Positions 1-10,779 of a DNA stretch of 64,000 nucleotides are shown here, one piece after another. Under the pieces are notes generated by a model. That model did no database searches. It was not told the DNA's origin and saw nothing but the letters and a program-made list of their open reading frames with translations. This DNA is from Phoronis australis (Eukaryota > Animalia > Phoronida). The DNA lies in assembly GCA_002633005.1 (NCBI GenBank), contig NMRA01000072.1, forward strand, positions 516,952 to 580,951. Reading direction: 5' to 3'. Within the stretch, counting starts at the first letter, position 1. Every line of letters starts with the position of its first letter. A program made the position numbers and the translations under genes.

Positions 1-428
1 TACGCCAAATCAAATGTTCAAGCATTATCTAGAGTGTTGCGCTACATCAGTACAATCGATTTTAAAGCATAACTCCGAATTTTCTGTATTAATTAGTGTA
101 TAACAATACTAGCATAAGCAAATTTGCAGAAGTTGGTGTAAAGTCAAAGTCAAAGGCTAACTCAAAATTAAACAAGACGTATGTGACATATTTGAAGAAC
201 AAATTGATCGTGACGATGGGACAATATTGCTTAAGCCCGTATTAAATAATTTAAAATCTCACCTCGTCACATGGAAAATTAATTTCACCATTAATTTTGA
301 ATTCAGAAGGATAACTTGTCAAGAAAATTGTATTTCACAATTTTTTTATCTCCTTCCAGATGTTTTTCAAAGAGCCAAGATAGGTCTGAAATTGCTTCTT
401 GTCATTGTCATAACTCTTTGTTACATGC

Positions 429-1336
429 TTAAAATACTCTGGCATTTATCGAGTGGGATTTAACTCCGCCAAAAGATCGATTGACTGTCTTCGCAAGGGA
501 TCCAGAACCAATTTCGCGCCGAGGCCGATTTCAGAAACTTAGTCTCTCCAAAGCCCAGGCACGGTATAATACAAAGAATAGGTCTCCTGCTGTTTGAAAC
601 GCGTTTATCCCTTTACTTCAAAATGACAAACTTACCCTTATTGCGATGCCAAAAAGACACAGTAACATGGTGAACACTTGTAATCTACTCCACCCACGTA
701 GGTTTTTCGCATTGTCAGGTTCCGATGAAGATGATGTTCTTTTGTCAGAACTTTCCATCCTTGGCGCTTGTAATAGACTAGGACTGTAATGAAAAGGACT
801 GTTTATGAGCCCAAAACAGCCTATGTCAAAAAGGTAGTCCAAATACCCCCAAATTTTTGGTCCTGTTCACTTATTGAAAACAATAAAATTGAATAAAGTT
901 CGAAAAAATTGGGGTTTTTAAGGTAGCACTGAACAGTTATGGTGCAGCCACGGGCATTTTGTAGTCCCTAGAAAATAAGTAAAAGGGATATATGTCAGGT
1001 TTAGTGGCTGCTTTGGGTAGTGCGTTGAAAATAATTTCCCAAAGGAAAATGATTTGCTTGTGCTTTTGAACTCGTCCTGAATGAGAAAAACCAAGTTGTG
1101 GCGGCCGTGACCTACTCTTGACGCAAAATGGGGACTGCAGTTTGTTTTCAACCCCAGTCGCCTGCTGTCTGAGAAACCGGGTGCGATTTCAGGTGGCTGT
1201 CAAGTCAAATCAAGTCAAGTCATTTTATTTATTGTCGGTTAAGTGAAACAAGTGGAAAAAAACATTAGCCATAGATTAGTACGCCGAGAAATACATACAG
1301 AAGTTATAAAATAAATAAATAAATGAATATAAATAA

Positions 1337-1371
<35 letters not shown>

Positions 1372-1433
1372 TATACATATGCATATACATACACATATAT
1401 ATATATATATATAGATCCGGGGCATTTTTATGT
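429..1433 (+). repeat. 1.0-kb direct repeat, copy 1 (ends at N gap)
   Basis: Matches 2585-3589 at constant offset 2156, including microsatellite lengths. One substitution seen by eye (G456/T2612). Confidence 0.95.
636..758 (-). CDS. probable first coding exon of a membrane protein running off the left edge (weak resemblance to MFS transporter SLC18B1 N-terminus)
   Basis: Acceptor TTTCATTACAG| at 783, strong Kozak CCAAGGATGG at 758, 41 codons MESSDKRTSSSSEPDNAKNLRGWSRLQVFTMLLCLFGIAIR (polar tail then hydrophobic helix), perfect donor AGG|GTAAGT at 636. The similarity to SLC18B1 (GWLSREQVFVL) is from memory and very short. Confidence 0.55.
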
Positions 1434-1434
1434 N

Positions 1435-2584
1435 GGGACTGATGAGCTCTAGCTCGTCCTAAGTCGGGATTGCGAGTTTCCATGTTGGCGTTTAGTACTG
1501 AGCGTTCTGTTTCAAAATGCCTTCTCAACCTAACCAACTGAAACAAAGTCTGTCTCATTAGATGCAATTTGTAATGCCTTTGGAGTGTTTGTGAGTGCAA
1601 ATGATTTGAGAAGCCAGTAATGAATAAATAACTGCGTTACCGGCTTTAAAGGTACAATAAAGTAGTTGACGGGACACCGAGGCCGTGCGAGCTCATGCTA
1701 ATTTAGTGTTTGCTGGCAGAAACTGTTGTGGAACAACTCGATTTCCATCCCACGGCTAGATGTTAGGGGAATCTTTATTTTCGTTTACATTACTCAAATA
1801 ACGATTGTCAACTTCTGCCCAGACTGTGCTGTGGCCAAAGCGGAACCCGAGTGAATTCGCGGACCCCGACGAGTAAGTAGATTTGCAGTTTCGTGGCTAA
1901 TTCACCAACATAATCACGTGCACGCTCACTAATATAGTATTGTCTTGACTTGAAGTTTAGTTTCCACTGAACTTTTGCTGGTTTATGTTCGTAATGTCTG
2001 ATCACTGAGTTTCCGAGCCACTGGCCGGGATAACACTGAATAAAGTCAATCCGGCCGGCCGCGACGGGCTTGATCGGGCTCCGAGCCACTAGCCAGGATA
2101 ACAAGCGTTTTGTGTTTAGAACTCAAAAAATGATTACTCTAAACAACACAGATCTAGGTTCTCCTGTCTGTATCTCACGGAAAATACTTCGAAATTATCT
2201 CCGAACAGACCCCAAACTCCTGTTAAGGACCTTATTGGCCTACCGAACTTTGTAGGCTACGGTGTGTCCAAATACCAATAAATCCGTAAGAGCAAATAAA
2301 ACAACACGTTTTTATAAGAACTCGGTGTATTTTTAAGGGTTTTGCATCGAAGTTTGATGATTTATTGGTGTTAAACGATGACTTCAAGCGATAACCTGAA
2401 ACCAGTAACCCGTGTTGTGAACTGCTGAACAGACTGCCTGTGAAACCGATGACGTCATTGGATAATTTCAACACCTCCGTCTGCCGTCAGGTGTCAGGTA
2501 ACGCAACCGTACGTGTCGTTATTGAGTAGAACTACTCGATCTAAATTGATACAAATTAGGTTGTTTTCGGGGTGGCATGCTCCT
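1435..2584. mobile_element. terminal part of a Kolobok-like DNA transposon (other end lost in N gap)
   Basis: Ends ...GGGGTGGCATGCTCCT|TTAA, i.e. TTAA-AGG on the other strand, the Kolobok terminus/TSD pattern. The same TTAA (429-432) is empty in copy 1. No transposase ORF seen. Confidence 0.6.
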
Positions 2585-2791
2585 TTAAAATACTCTGGCA
2601 TTTATCGAGTGTGATTTAACTCCGCCAAAAGATCGATTGACTGTCTTCGCAAGGGATCCAGAACCAATTTCGCGCCGAGGCCGATTTCAGAAACTTAGTC
2701 TCTCCAAAGCCCAGGCACGGTATAATACAAAGAATAGGTCTCCTGCTGTTTGAAACGCGTTTATCCCTTTACTTCAAAATGACAAACTTAC

Positions 2792-2914
2792 CCTTATTGC
2801 GATGCCAAAAAGACACAGTAACATGGTGAACACTTGTAATCTACTCCACCCACGTAGGTTTTTCGCATTGTCAGGTTCCGATGAAGATGATGTTCTTTTG
2901 TCAGAACTTTCCAT
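2792..2914 (-). CDS. second identical copy of the 636-758 exon (inside the duplicated segment)
   Basis: Same acceptor (2939), ATG (2914) and donor (2792), offset +2156 from the first copy; may be an uncollapsed haplotype. Confidence 0.4.
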
Positions 2915-3354
2915 CCTTGGCGCTTGTAATAGACTAGGACTGTAATGAAAAGGACTGTTTATGAGCCCAAAACAGCCTATGTCAAAAAGGTAGTCCAAAT
3001 ACCCCCAAATTTTTGGTCCTGTTCACTTATTGAAAACAATAAAATTGAATAAAGTTCGAAAAAATTGGGGTTTTTAAGGTAGCACTGAACAGTTATGGTG
3101 CAGCCACGGGCATTTTGTAGTCCCTAGAAAATAAGTAAAAGGGATATATGTCAGGTTTAGTGGCTGCTTTGGGTAGTGCGTTGAAAATAATTTCCCAAAG
3201 GAAAATGATTTGCTTGTGCTTTTGAACTCGTCCTGAATGAGAAAAACCAAGTTGTGGCGGCCGTGACCTACTCTTGACGCAAAATGGGGACTGCAGTTTG
3301 TTTTCAACCCCAGTCGCCTGCTGTCTGAGAAACCGGGTGCGATTTCAGGTGGCT

Positions 3355-3492
3355 GTCAAGTCAAATCAAGTCAAGTCATTTTATTTATTGTCGGTTAAGT
3401 GAAACAAGTGGAAAAAAACATTAGCCATAGATTAGTACGCCGAGAAATACATACAGAAGTTATAAAATAAATAAATAAATGAATATAAATAA

Positions 3493-3527
<35 letters not shown>

Positions 3528-3568
3528 TATACATATGCATATACATACACATATATATATATATATAT
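3355..3568 (-). mobile_element. 3' tail/3'UTR of a CR1/L2-type LINE with TA/CA microsatellite (also at 1199-1412)
   Basis: Minus strand ends AATAAATAAAA-TGACT-TGACT-TGATT-TGACT-TGAC (poly(A) signal plus short tandem tail), preceded by (TA)n/(TG)n. Confidence 0.55.
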
Positions 3569-6500
3569 AGATCCGGGGCATTTTTATGTATGAGACCTTT
3601 ACTGTGGGGTTGCAAAAAAATTGTGGGGTATATATAATGCCCCACAATTTCAGACCTATCAGAAACGATCTATCAGAAAATTCTTGAATATTTTAGCAGA
3701 ACTGAACACCTTGTGACGAAAACGGCATCCCTCACTTCTTCATGTGAAACAAATTATAAATGCAGTGATCTATGCTGCAACTTTACATTTGCATTCATTT
3801 GTTTGACTTATTTAAAGCTGTCTTTTAAATTTCCATTAACATGAGTTTGAAAGTTTTAAAGTTATTCTGCTACATTAAATGGTTCACCTAGTTAACAATA
3901 AAGATGTTGGGAAGAAAACTGTTGCAAATAACGAAATGTGCAATGTTTTACAATGCTAGTTGATGTATGTCTGAAAAACAGGCTCTATGCTGACGAAATA
4001 AGAATCAAATTGACTCTGCAGTTACCTTATGAAAGAATTAAATTAAAGTAGCCATTAATTATGACCTCGCACTCACGAGTTTAAAAAATAAAAATGCGGA
4101 AACCTTGCAGAAATATGTAGAATCTGCGAAAATGTATATGTATATTTCCCATAATACTTCATTTATGCGAAACTCACACCCCCTTCCTAAGTCACCCATG
4201 TGAAGTTGCTTGTGTCCCTACTCTGAGAAAACAAGCAAATTATATCTTCATCTGTGCCACTGTCACTTGAACTGAAAGGAGTGACAACCTTCTCATCTGA
4301 AAAAATCAAAACTGTCAATAGAAATGAAATGCTGTCTATAGTCCTAAGGGTCTTTAGTCCGAAAACAATAGGATCTATAGCCCGAAGAGTCAATAGTCGG
4401 AATAAAAAACTTGTTAATAGTTTTTTACATTATTCCGTAATCTACAGAGTTAAATGTATTCAGGATTTCAGTTAATTTTACACCATTTTCTCCATCTTTC
4501 AAAATTCCGTAGAGCTCTGTAAAGCAGGCAAAGCTCTCTTTCGTGAAATTGCGGTTATTCAATGAAAAACAACCTGAACAAGATACGAACACTTAGCTTG
4601 ATGTTGCAAAATATTCTAGGTAACTACCGAGTTGGTAACGGCAGATAAAATTCCCCTTAATTTTACAGTGCTGTAGTGATAAAATAAGAGGTAAGTAGGC
4701 ACCCAAAGTCCTTCGTGTTGCTTTGAGCGCTGAATTTTAAAAGTGCATTGAACTCTCAAAACCTGACTCACAAACATGTAGGCATATATTTTGACTCATG
4801 AGTAGGTATTTACATAGAGTCTGCAGTGGCGGATCTTGGATGTCGGAGAAAAAAAGGTCAAACAGCACATTTTCGAAGGCAAAGGTCCGCGTGCATTCCA
4901 AGTGGTCTCTGAAGGGGCCCCAAGCACAATTATAAAGGAAAATAGGAGCGTAACGACCAGAAACGATATGCTGGCAGCAACTTTCAGTCGCTCGTGGGGT
5001 GTGTCCTCAGGGCCATTCGCCCCCCCCCCCCTTTATTCACCTAAGGACGTGACACCATAACTATTTCTTTATCTTTAAATATTAATAAAAATTCCATTAC
5101 TCGGCGGGCATACATGTATGCCTGGTGGTTGCGCGCGCCGAAATGTTCATCAATGATGCTGTCATCGGCGTAGCGCATTGATGGCGTAAGTTATCGTAAT
5201 GAAACTACGTCCCACTATACCGTCACTTACGGCTCGTAGACGCTACATGTACGTTAAGTTAAACAGGTGGTTGGCTGCAACTACGCCCCACGTATTCCAT
5301 AACTCCTAGGCCCTATGTTGAAAAGCAAAAAGGTAGCTGGTAGTTGGCTGCGCCTACATGCACCTACGCCCCACTACAGCACTGTCAGACTAATCCACCC
5401 ACAGACCCTTTGGACCACTCTATCCCTTGTTGAGTCATTTAAGCAGACATCAAAGTTACTAAGAGAATTCAGAGATATTTTTAAGTATTTTTTCACAAGG
5501 TCTGGTCTGGTGTATGTGCCCTCCTTTTAATGACAACAGAAAATATGTTTAGTGAATACACATACTAGGCACTACGTTAGTAAAGATTTGAGAACCTGTA
5601 TATTTTGGCAACTTTGACAAAACAACTTCAGTAAATTATTTTAACCTCGACTTTCCCAAGTTTGAGATTTGGTTTTCAGTCACTGATTTCCAAGGGCTCA
5701 TTTATGAGTTAAAAAAGATCTAAGGTTGATACTAGATCACTCACAATGAATCAATGTCAAAACATGTACGAATCACTGTTTCATGCTACATTAAGTAAAA
5801 ACTCACATTTACAGAACAGGCAAACAACACAGCATATCTTTACCTTTGGTCACTAATTTTCCAGACTTGTTTGAAGTGTAAAATATTTTTTAAGGAAACG
5901 TGATTGGTTGACATTTAGGACTGAACCGGACCAAACTGTGAAAGTTAGTGAAAGATTTTACTCAATTGCCTCACGATATGTTTTAGTGTAAATGATAGTA
6001 TGTACATTTGCTTTTCCAGTATTTACTTCTTGTTAGAATTTGTAATATGTAGAGTTATTGCTTATTTATTTGATCGAGGGATTCCATCTTAAAGGGACTT
6101 TTGTATAGCGTTCCAGTCCACAAAATGGACGTTTTTCTTAGGACAATCGGTACTGAAAGGACACCCATTTGTATGGAGTTCTCTCAGAAAAGGTACCATT
6201 TCGTAGTGAATCTGGAAAATCTTACGCCAAGTGCAATACTTTTAATTCTTAGAGATATAAAGCATAGAAATCTACAACTCTCTGGAGTTTTTAAAGTAAA
6301 AGGAATTATTCAACTCATAACACTAAGGGGTTGGTTAGATTTTGAAATATTTTTAGGAGGGACAGATGCGAGTAATAGGCCGCATCTTCTGCATTAGAAA
6401 TAGTTCCTAGAACTCTATTAAAAGCATGTTAGCCATCCATAATCATCACTCTGATACATGAATTTGCAATTACTTTAATAATCAAAATTTGAAAGACTTA

Positions 6501-6954
6501 CCATAAACTTAGATCTCGGATGTACCATAGACTTTGATCTCGGATGTACCATCTTCCACACAAACATTCTTGTTTCAGATAAAACGGAGTAAAACTTGTC
6601 TCAACTCTCAAACTCTAAAACGGATGTTCAACCCCAACTCACACTATTAAAAATCAAAACCTCAGACGCTTGTTGCAGTGGTCATTACATAACAGTATAC
6701 CAATGTAGGTCACATATGACACTCTGTAGCAGGACACTCATAATAACAGTGACATCTTTTGGGAGAGACTGTACAGAGTTATATATAGGATGTTGTGATG
6801 AAACCACTGAAGTTGTTGAGAGATTACACGTGGAGGCACTGTGCATACCAAATAACAGTTTCTGATAGGTCTGAAATTGTGGGGCATTATATATACCCCA
6901 CAATTTTTTGCAACCCCACAGTAAAGGTCTCATATATAAAAATGCCCCGGATCT
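3569..6954. mobile_element. non-autonomous DNA transposon with about 98-bp terminal inverted repeats, inserted in TA-rich sequence
   Basis: 3569-3666 and 6858-6954 are inverted copies (AGATCCGGGGCATTTTTAT...CAGACCTATCAGAAAC; 1 substitution + 1 indel). Each arm contains the palindrome AATTGTGGGG..CCCCACAATT. No long ORF inside. Confidence 0.8.
4666..5384. mobile_element. hAT-like MITE remnant nested in the long-TIR element
   Basis: CAGTGCTGTAGTG (4666-4678) and CACTACAGCACTG (5372-5384) are inverted; subterminal CTACGCCCCAC repeats; no clean TSD. Contains a CAGTGGCGGATCT-type MITE at about 4824-5044. Confidence 0.45.
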
Positions 6955-7915
6955 GTATAGTTCTCTTAATATATATATATATGAAATTAATACAAAATTT
7001 AAAATGCTATATACATGGTTAACAAGATTGAGCAAATTAGCACCATAGGAGAGGATATTATGTGTGATTCAAGAAATCGCAGGTTCTGCTCTTAAAGGGA
7101 GGCTCAGTCCACTCGTTTGCATACTGCACAAAAGACTTTAAATGCAGGCTCCACTTCGCCTCCTCTGATAAAGAGTTCCCGCACAAATTAGAGCCATATT
7201 CTCTGAAAGATCGTAGACCATACCGAGGGGTTCTGCACTGAGGAATGTTTGTCCTATTGGATGATTTCAAATTACATGGGGTCCTGCGATCGTGAGAAGG
7301 TCCCACAGAAATGGGAGTGACAAATGGTTCAAAATTTTGAAAGCCATTTTTACAATCATTCTCTGTCTACCGAGCTCAAGAGTAGGCATTAGCTCTCAGT
7401 AATAGTGTTTCATACGAGCTAGAAAAAATCATCAAATACAAGTCGCAGGGCCCTACATTGGACTCGTTCAATCCTATGTGTATTGACTCGGTCACAAAAA
7501 TGCCAGATTAAAGCTCCGAGTATATGGTTGTCAAAACTGAGGTCCTCATCGATTACAACACTAAGTAATTTAACGTCCACCTCACTGATGATTTTGGCTC
7601 CTTCAACCACGAAAACAGCCCTGGATACGTTTCTGGTGTCATGAAGAAATATAGAATGAGATTTTGATGGGTTTGCTTCCATCATATTTTGCTTGAACAT
7701 ACACAAACATATACAAACTTCAGACGGACTAGTGACAATCTCATTTCCAGTTCGTGACATAATACTGCCACAGTCCTTATTTCCCTTGTCTGTCAAGAAA
7801 GGTTTGATTGTGGGCCAAAAAGTCCTTATTGTTTGCTCTACACTCACATTTTGTTTTAAAATAGTCACGTATTGCCTACTTTCTGATGTCCGCAGTACGA
7901 TTTCTTTGTGCACGG
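6955..7915 (-). mobile_element. degenerate, internally deleted CR1-type LINE (ORF2 remnants)
   Basis: Fragments FWPTIKPFLTDKG, MEANPSK, VKLLSVVIDEDLSFDNHI, IWHFC..IERVQCRALRLVFDD and PQCRTPRYGLRSFREYGSNL..NSL are typical of the CR1 RT C-terminal region; frameshifted. Confidence 0.8.
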
Positions 7916-8863
7916 TATCGTTCCCAATTTTTGGGACACGGAAATCTTATATAACGATTGAGTGTGTAGCCTCTTTTTGTTCGAACACTTTCTTCAGGCG
8001 CTTAGTGTTCATGATGGTGGCTCACTGGCTCAAAACTTAGTCTGTTTCAGCGGTGCATGCTCGTTAATTACCTCTGTGAGCTGTCAAACAGTTTAAAATT
8101 GCCAAGCGGGCACCTGTCGTAAGGGTTGCACTATCACCACATTTTTAGAATCTAGAGAGAATGTCTATTCTGAATCTGTTCTCAGAATTTTTCTAGCAAT
8201 TGCAGGGAATGGTAATTTTGAGCACAGAACTGACAAATTTATTCTGGGGTTTTGGTCATATTTTTCTACGCCGGGACTTTTTTATGTGAATTAACAGATT
8301 AAAAATCTGTAGCATAATTAAATTTCAGTTATCATGAGTAGTGCTTGTGAGCTGGGAATACTACATTTTTTTTGTTTTTTCAGACTCTTGATATGGACGC
8401 GAGGAAAGGACTCGTCTTCACTTAGGCGTGCGTCGGCAGAATATAACTGTAGTGTGCCCCCATGTACAGACCGGTCTTCTTTTAACCCCCGTATTCGCAT
8501 TAGCAGTTCATTGTCACCCAAAAAGCGACAACTTCCGCCTTACCCTAGTTATCGGATATGTGTGTGTGGAAGCTCCCCTTAAAAGTGGGGTAAGTTGCAC
8601 TTGTGCAATTTGCTCTAGGGCGGGCTGTGTGTGGACGGAACTTATGTGTTATTGAATTAGTCACAGCGCCATGATCGAGACTGCATTGCTCCGAAAGTAG
8701 CTTTTGTCCTCAGGAGATACTTGTTTATGGGCCTATTCAGATCACTGATCGCATGTTCACTCAGGTTACACATCATGAAACCACAATCAAAATAGCGTTA
8801 TATAATTTGATTCACCAAAGCTAGAGTCCCGTCTTTCTGGTGTATACTTTTATGCGTTTGATG

Positions 8864-9232
8864 CTGACGAAAATGGACTCACTAAGTTCTGATTCATCAG
8901 TAAAATAATATGCCTTTCAATGATAGCTGCAGGTTGAAATTTGACAAAATCGACATCATCCTTCTCCCAGCAAACTTGTATACCCAGTGTCGTGTCGCAA
9001 GGACGTGGTCAAAAACAATTCTCAAGTAATGCCGTCCAGTACTGACGAAAATGGACTCACTAAGTTTTGATTCATTAATAAAATATGCTTTTCAATGATT
9101 TTTGCTGCAGGCTGAAATTCGATAAAATCAATATCATCCTTCTACCGAAAATCAAACAAGTATACCCAGTGTGGGACTACGTAGTGTCGCATGCATGGGC
9201 GTGGTCAAAAACAATTCTCCAGGTAATGCCGT
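8864..9232 (+). repeat. diverged tandem duplication, 2 copies of about 172-191 bp
   Basis: 8864-9035 and 9042-9232 both run from CTGACGAAAATGGACTCACTAAG to GTGGTCAAAAACAATTCTC..GTAATGCCGT with several indels. Confidence 0.85.
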
Positions 9233-9340
9233 TTAAGATCAAATCCATGACGAAAAACGTGAAAGCACCAAATAAGGCTACTGACTAAAGCTAACATTTC
9301 GTTTTCTTATGTCGAGGTTCACGATGTCCTTGTTACTTAC

Positions 9341-9590
9341 CTTCAGTTCAACTCTGAAGACGTCCTGTTCGTCGACAGAACCTCTACGCAGCTTGCTTTG
9401 CGCACTGACAGCCTGGAGGCTATCACGGGAGATTCGAACAAATTGTTCGCTGAAGGCGTCCCACTGGTTTATAGTGCTAAATAAGAGCCAAACATTTCCC
9501 GAGGGGCAGCGTATCAGCTTTTGAGATAGCACATCTTGAATCGCTCATTCACTGGCGGCAGCAGGGCCTGATCATACCAGTACATAGGCG
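9341..9590 (-). other. candidate 5'UTR exon of the leftward gene
   Basis: GC/CpG-richer block ending in a perfect donor AAG|GTAAGT at 9341; possible acceptor CTATTTTAG| at 9590; only short ATG-ORFs inside. Promoter-like CpG-rich sequence at about 10140-10460. Confidence 0.35.
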
Positions 9591-10474
9591 CTAAAATAGT
9601 GGCTTCTTGAACCGTTTCGAACAACCTGATCAGTTATCAATTAAATGGTAGTAGCCAACATTTAATTCTTCCTCAAGCAACAAAATGAATAAAGATAATT
9701 AAAAGATACCGCCTTTTCACTGAAATTTCAGGTTCAAGTGTTCTGAATGTGGAACTGCAAGGTTACGTCGGGCCTTTTGTCGAGTCAATCTTTTCCAACT
9801 AGTTGTGTGACAAAAAGCACCGAAGCTCGGTGTATTACAGCGTATTGATACGCTAAGCCTGTGTATCAAGAGTATGTTATGGTGAGTATACGTTAGATTA
9901 AAAAGGAAAGGATGGTACTGCATCAATATGCGTCTCATAGGTGGATCCAAGGCGCCCTTTTTTAACCCAAGAGGAAAACGAAGTATGGGAAGAAGAACTA
10001 TTTGTATTTCTATAGGCCGCTTGGCACCGAGTTCACGGCATTAAATTTCATTACTGGTTTCTCCTCATTGTTTGTGACATAAAATTCTCTTCTGAAATCA
10101 ATCGTTTTACTTGCACCCCCTTTGTAAAAAGTTGAGGATGCCTTCATGGCGGCGCCTACGCCAACTGCACCATTGACTCCAATATTTCGCGTCAGTGAGG
10201 AAAATGAATCGTTAAATGTGCTCAGGTTATGTCACTCGGCAAGCGTCATCTCACTGTATTCTTAAAAGCCGCTAATATTCGTGGAAAACCTTAGGGAATT
10301 CAGCTATTAGAGAAGAATTACTTTTCCTCGGTACGATTTTTGCGTCACCAAACTTACACATAGACTTTTGCTAGCCAATGGTGTCGCAGTTAGTTTTCCG
10401 AGAATTTGAGCAGACAGGCAAACCCGCCTCGTCGCTAAGACTCCGGATGGCGCTGATCAGTTTAGCCATTTGAG

Positions 10475-10750
10475 GCTTGGTGAAAAAAAATATAAGCCTA
10501 CTTGTCAGAATTCTACCGTTCCCCAAAACTGACAATGAAAAAAGTAACATTAGGGAAAAGTACCACTTTTCTCCAAGCAGAAGTTTTTTCGCGGAGAAAA
10601 TTTTTTTCCACCGAAAAAAGTTTTCTCCACGGCAGAAAGGTTTTCTCGGCGGAGAAAATTGATTTTTGTACTAAATTTAGCCAAGAAATTCAGATACCCT
10701 TCAGACAAGTGGATTTGTGAAAAATCTGGCTGGTGGACACCCACTTTTTA
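10475..10750. repeat. interspersed-repeat fragment with internal inverted units
   Basis: Two TTTTCTCC...GGAGAAAA fold-back units (10567-10602, 10620-10660); explains the four spurious overlapping ORFs here. Confidence 0.45.
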
Positions 10751-10779
10751 CCTGATTTTTATAATGTGTAGCGAATTAT

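Larger units (their letters stand above)
2585..3589 (+). repeat. 1.0-kb direct repeat, copy 2
   Basis: See copy 1; the ORF track gives identical 74-aa and 77-aa ORFs in both copies. Confidence 0.95.

Noticed and set aside
227-463. Plus-strand ORF with a hydrophobic segment after an acceptor-like TTCCAG
   Set aside because: No ATG start or recognisable homology; antisense to the better-supported minus-strand exon.
1304-1600. 98-aa and related YI-rich ORFs (also 3432-3647)
   Set aside because: Translation of TA/CA microsatellites and read-through of an N gap.
8318-8521. ORF fragment GDNELLMRIRG reminiscent of DNA-transposon proteins
   Set aside because: Too short and degenerate to assign; kept out of the features.
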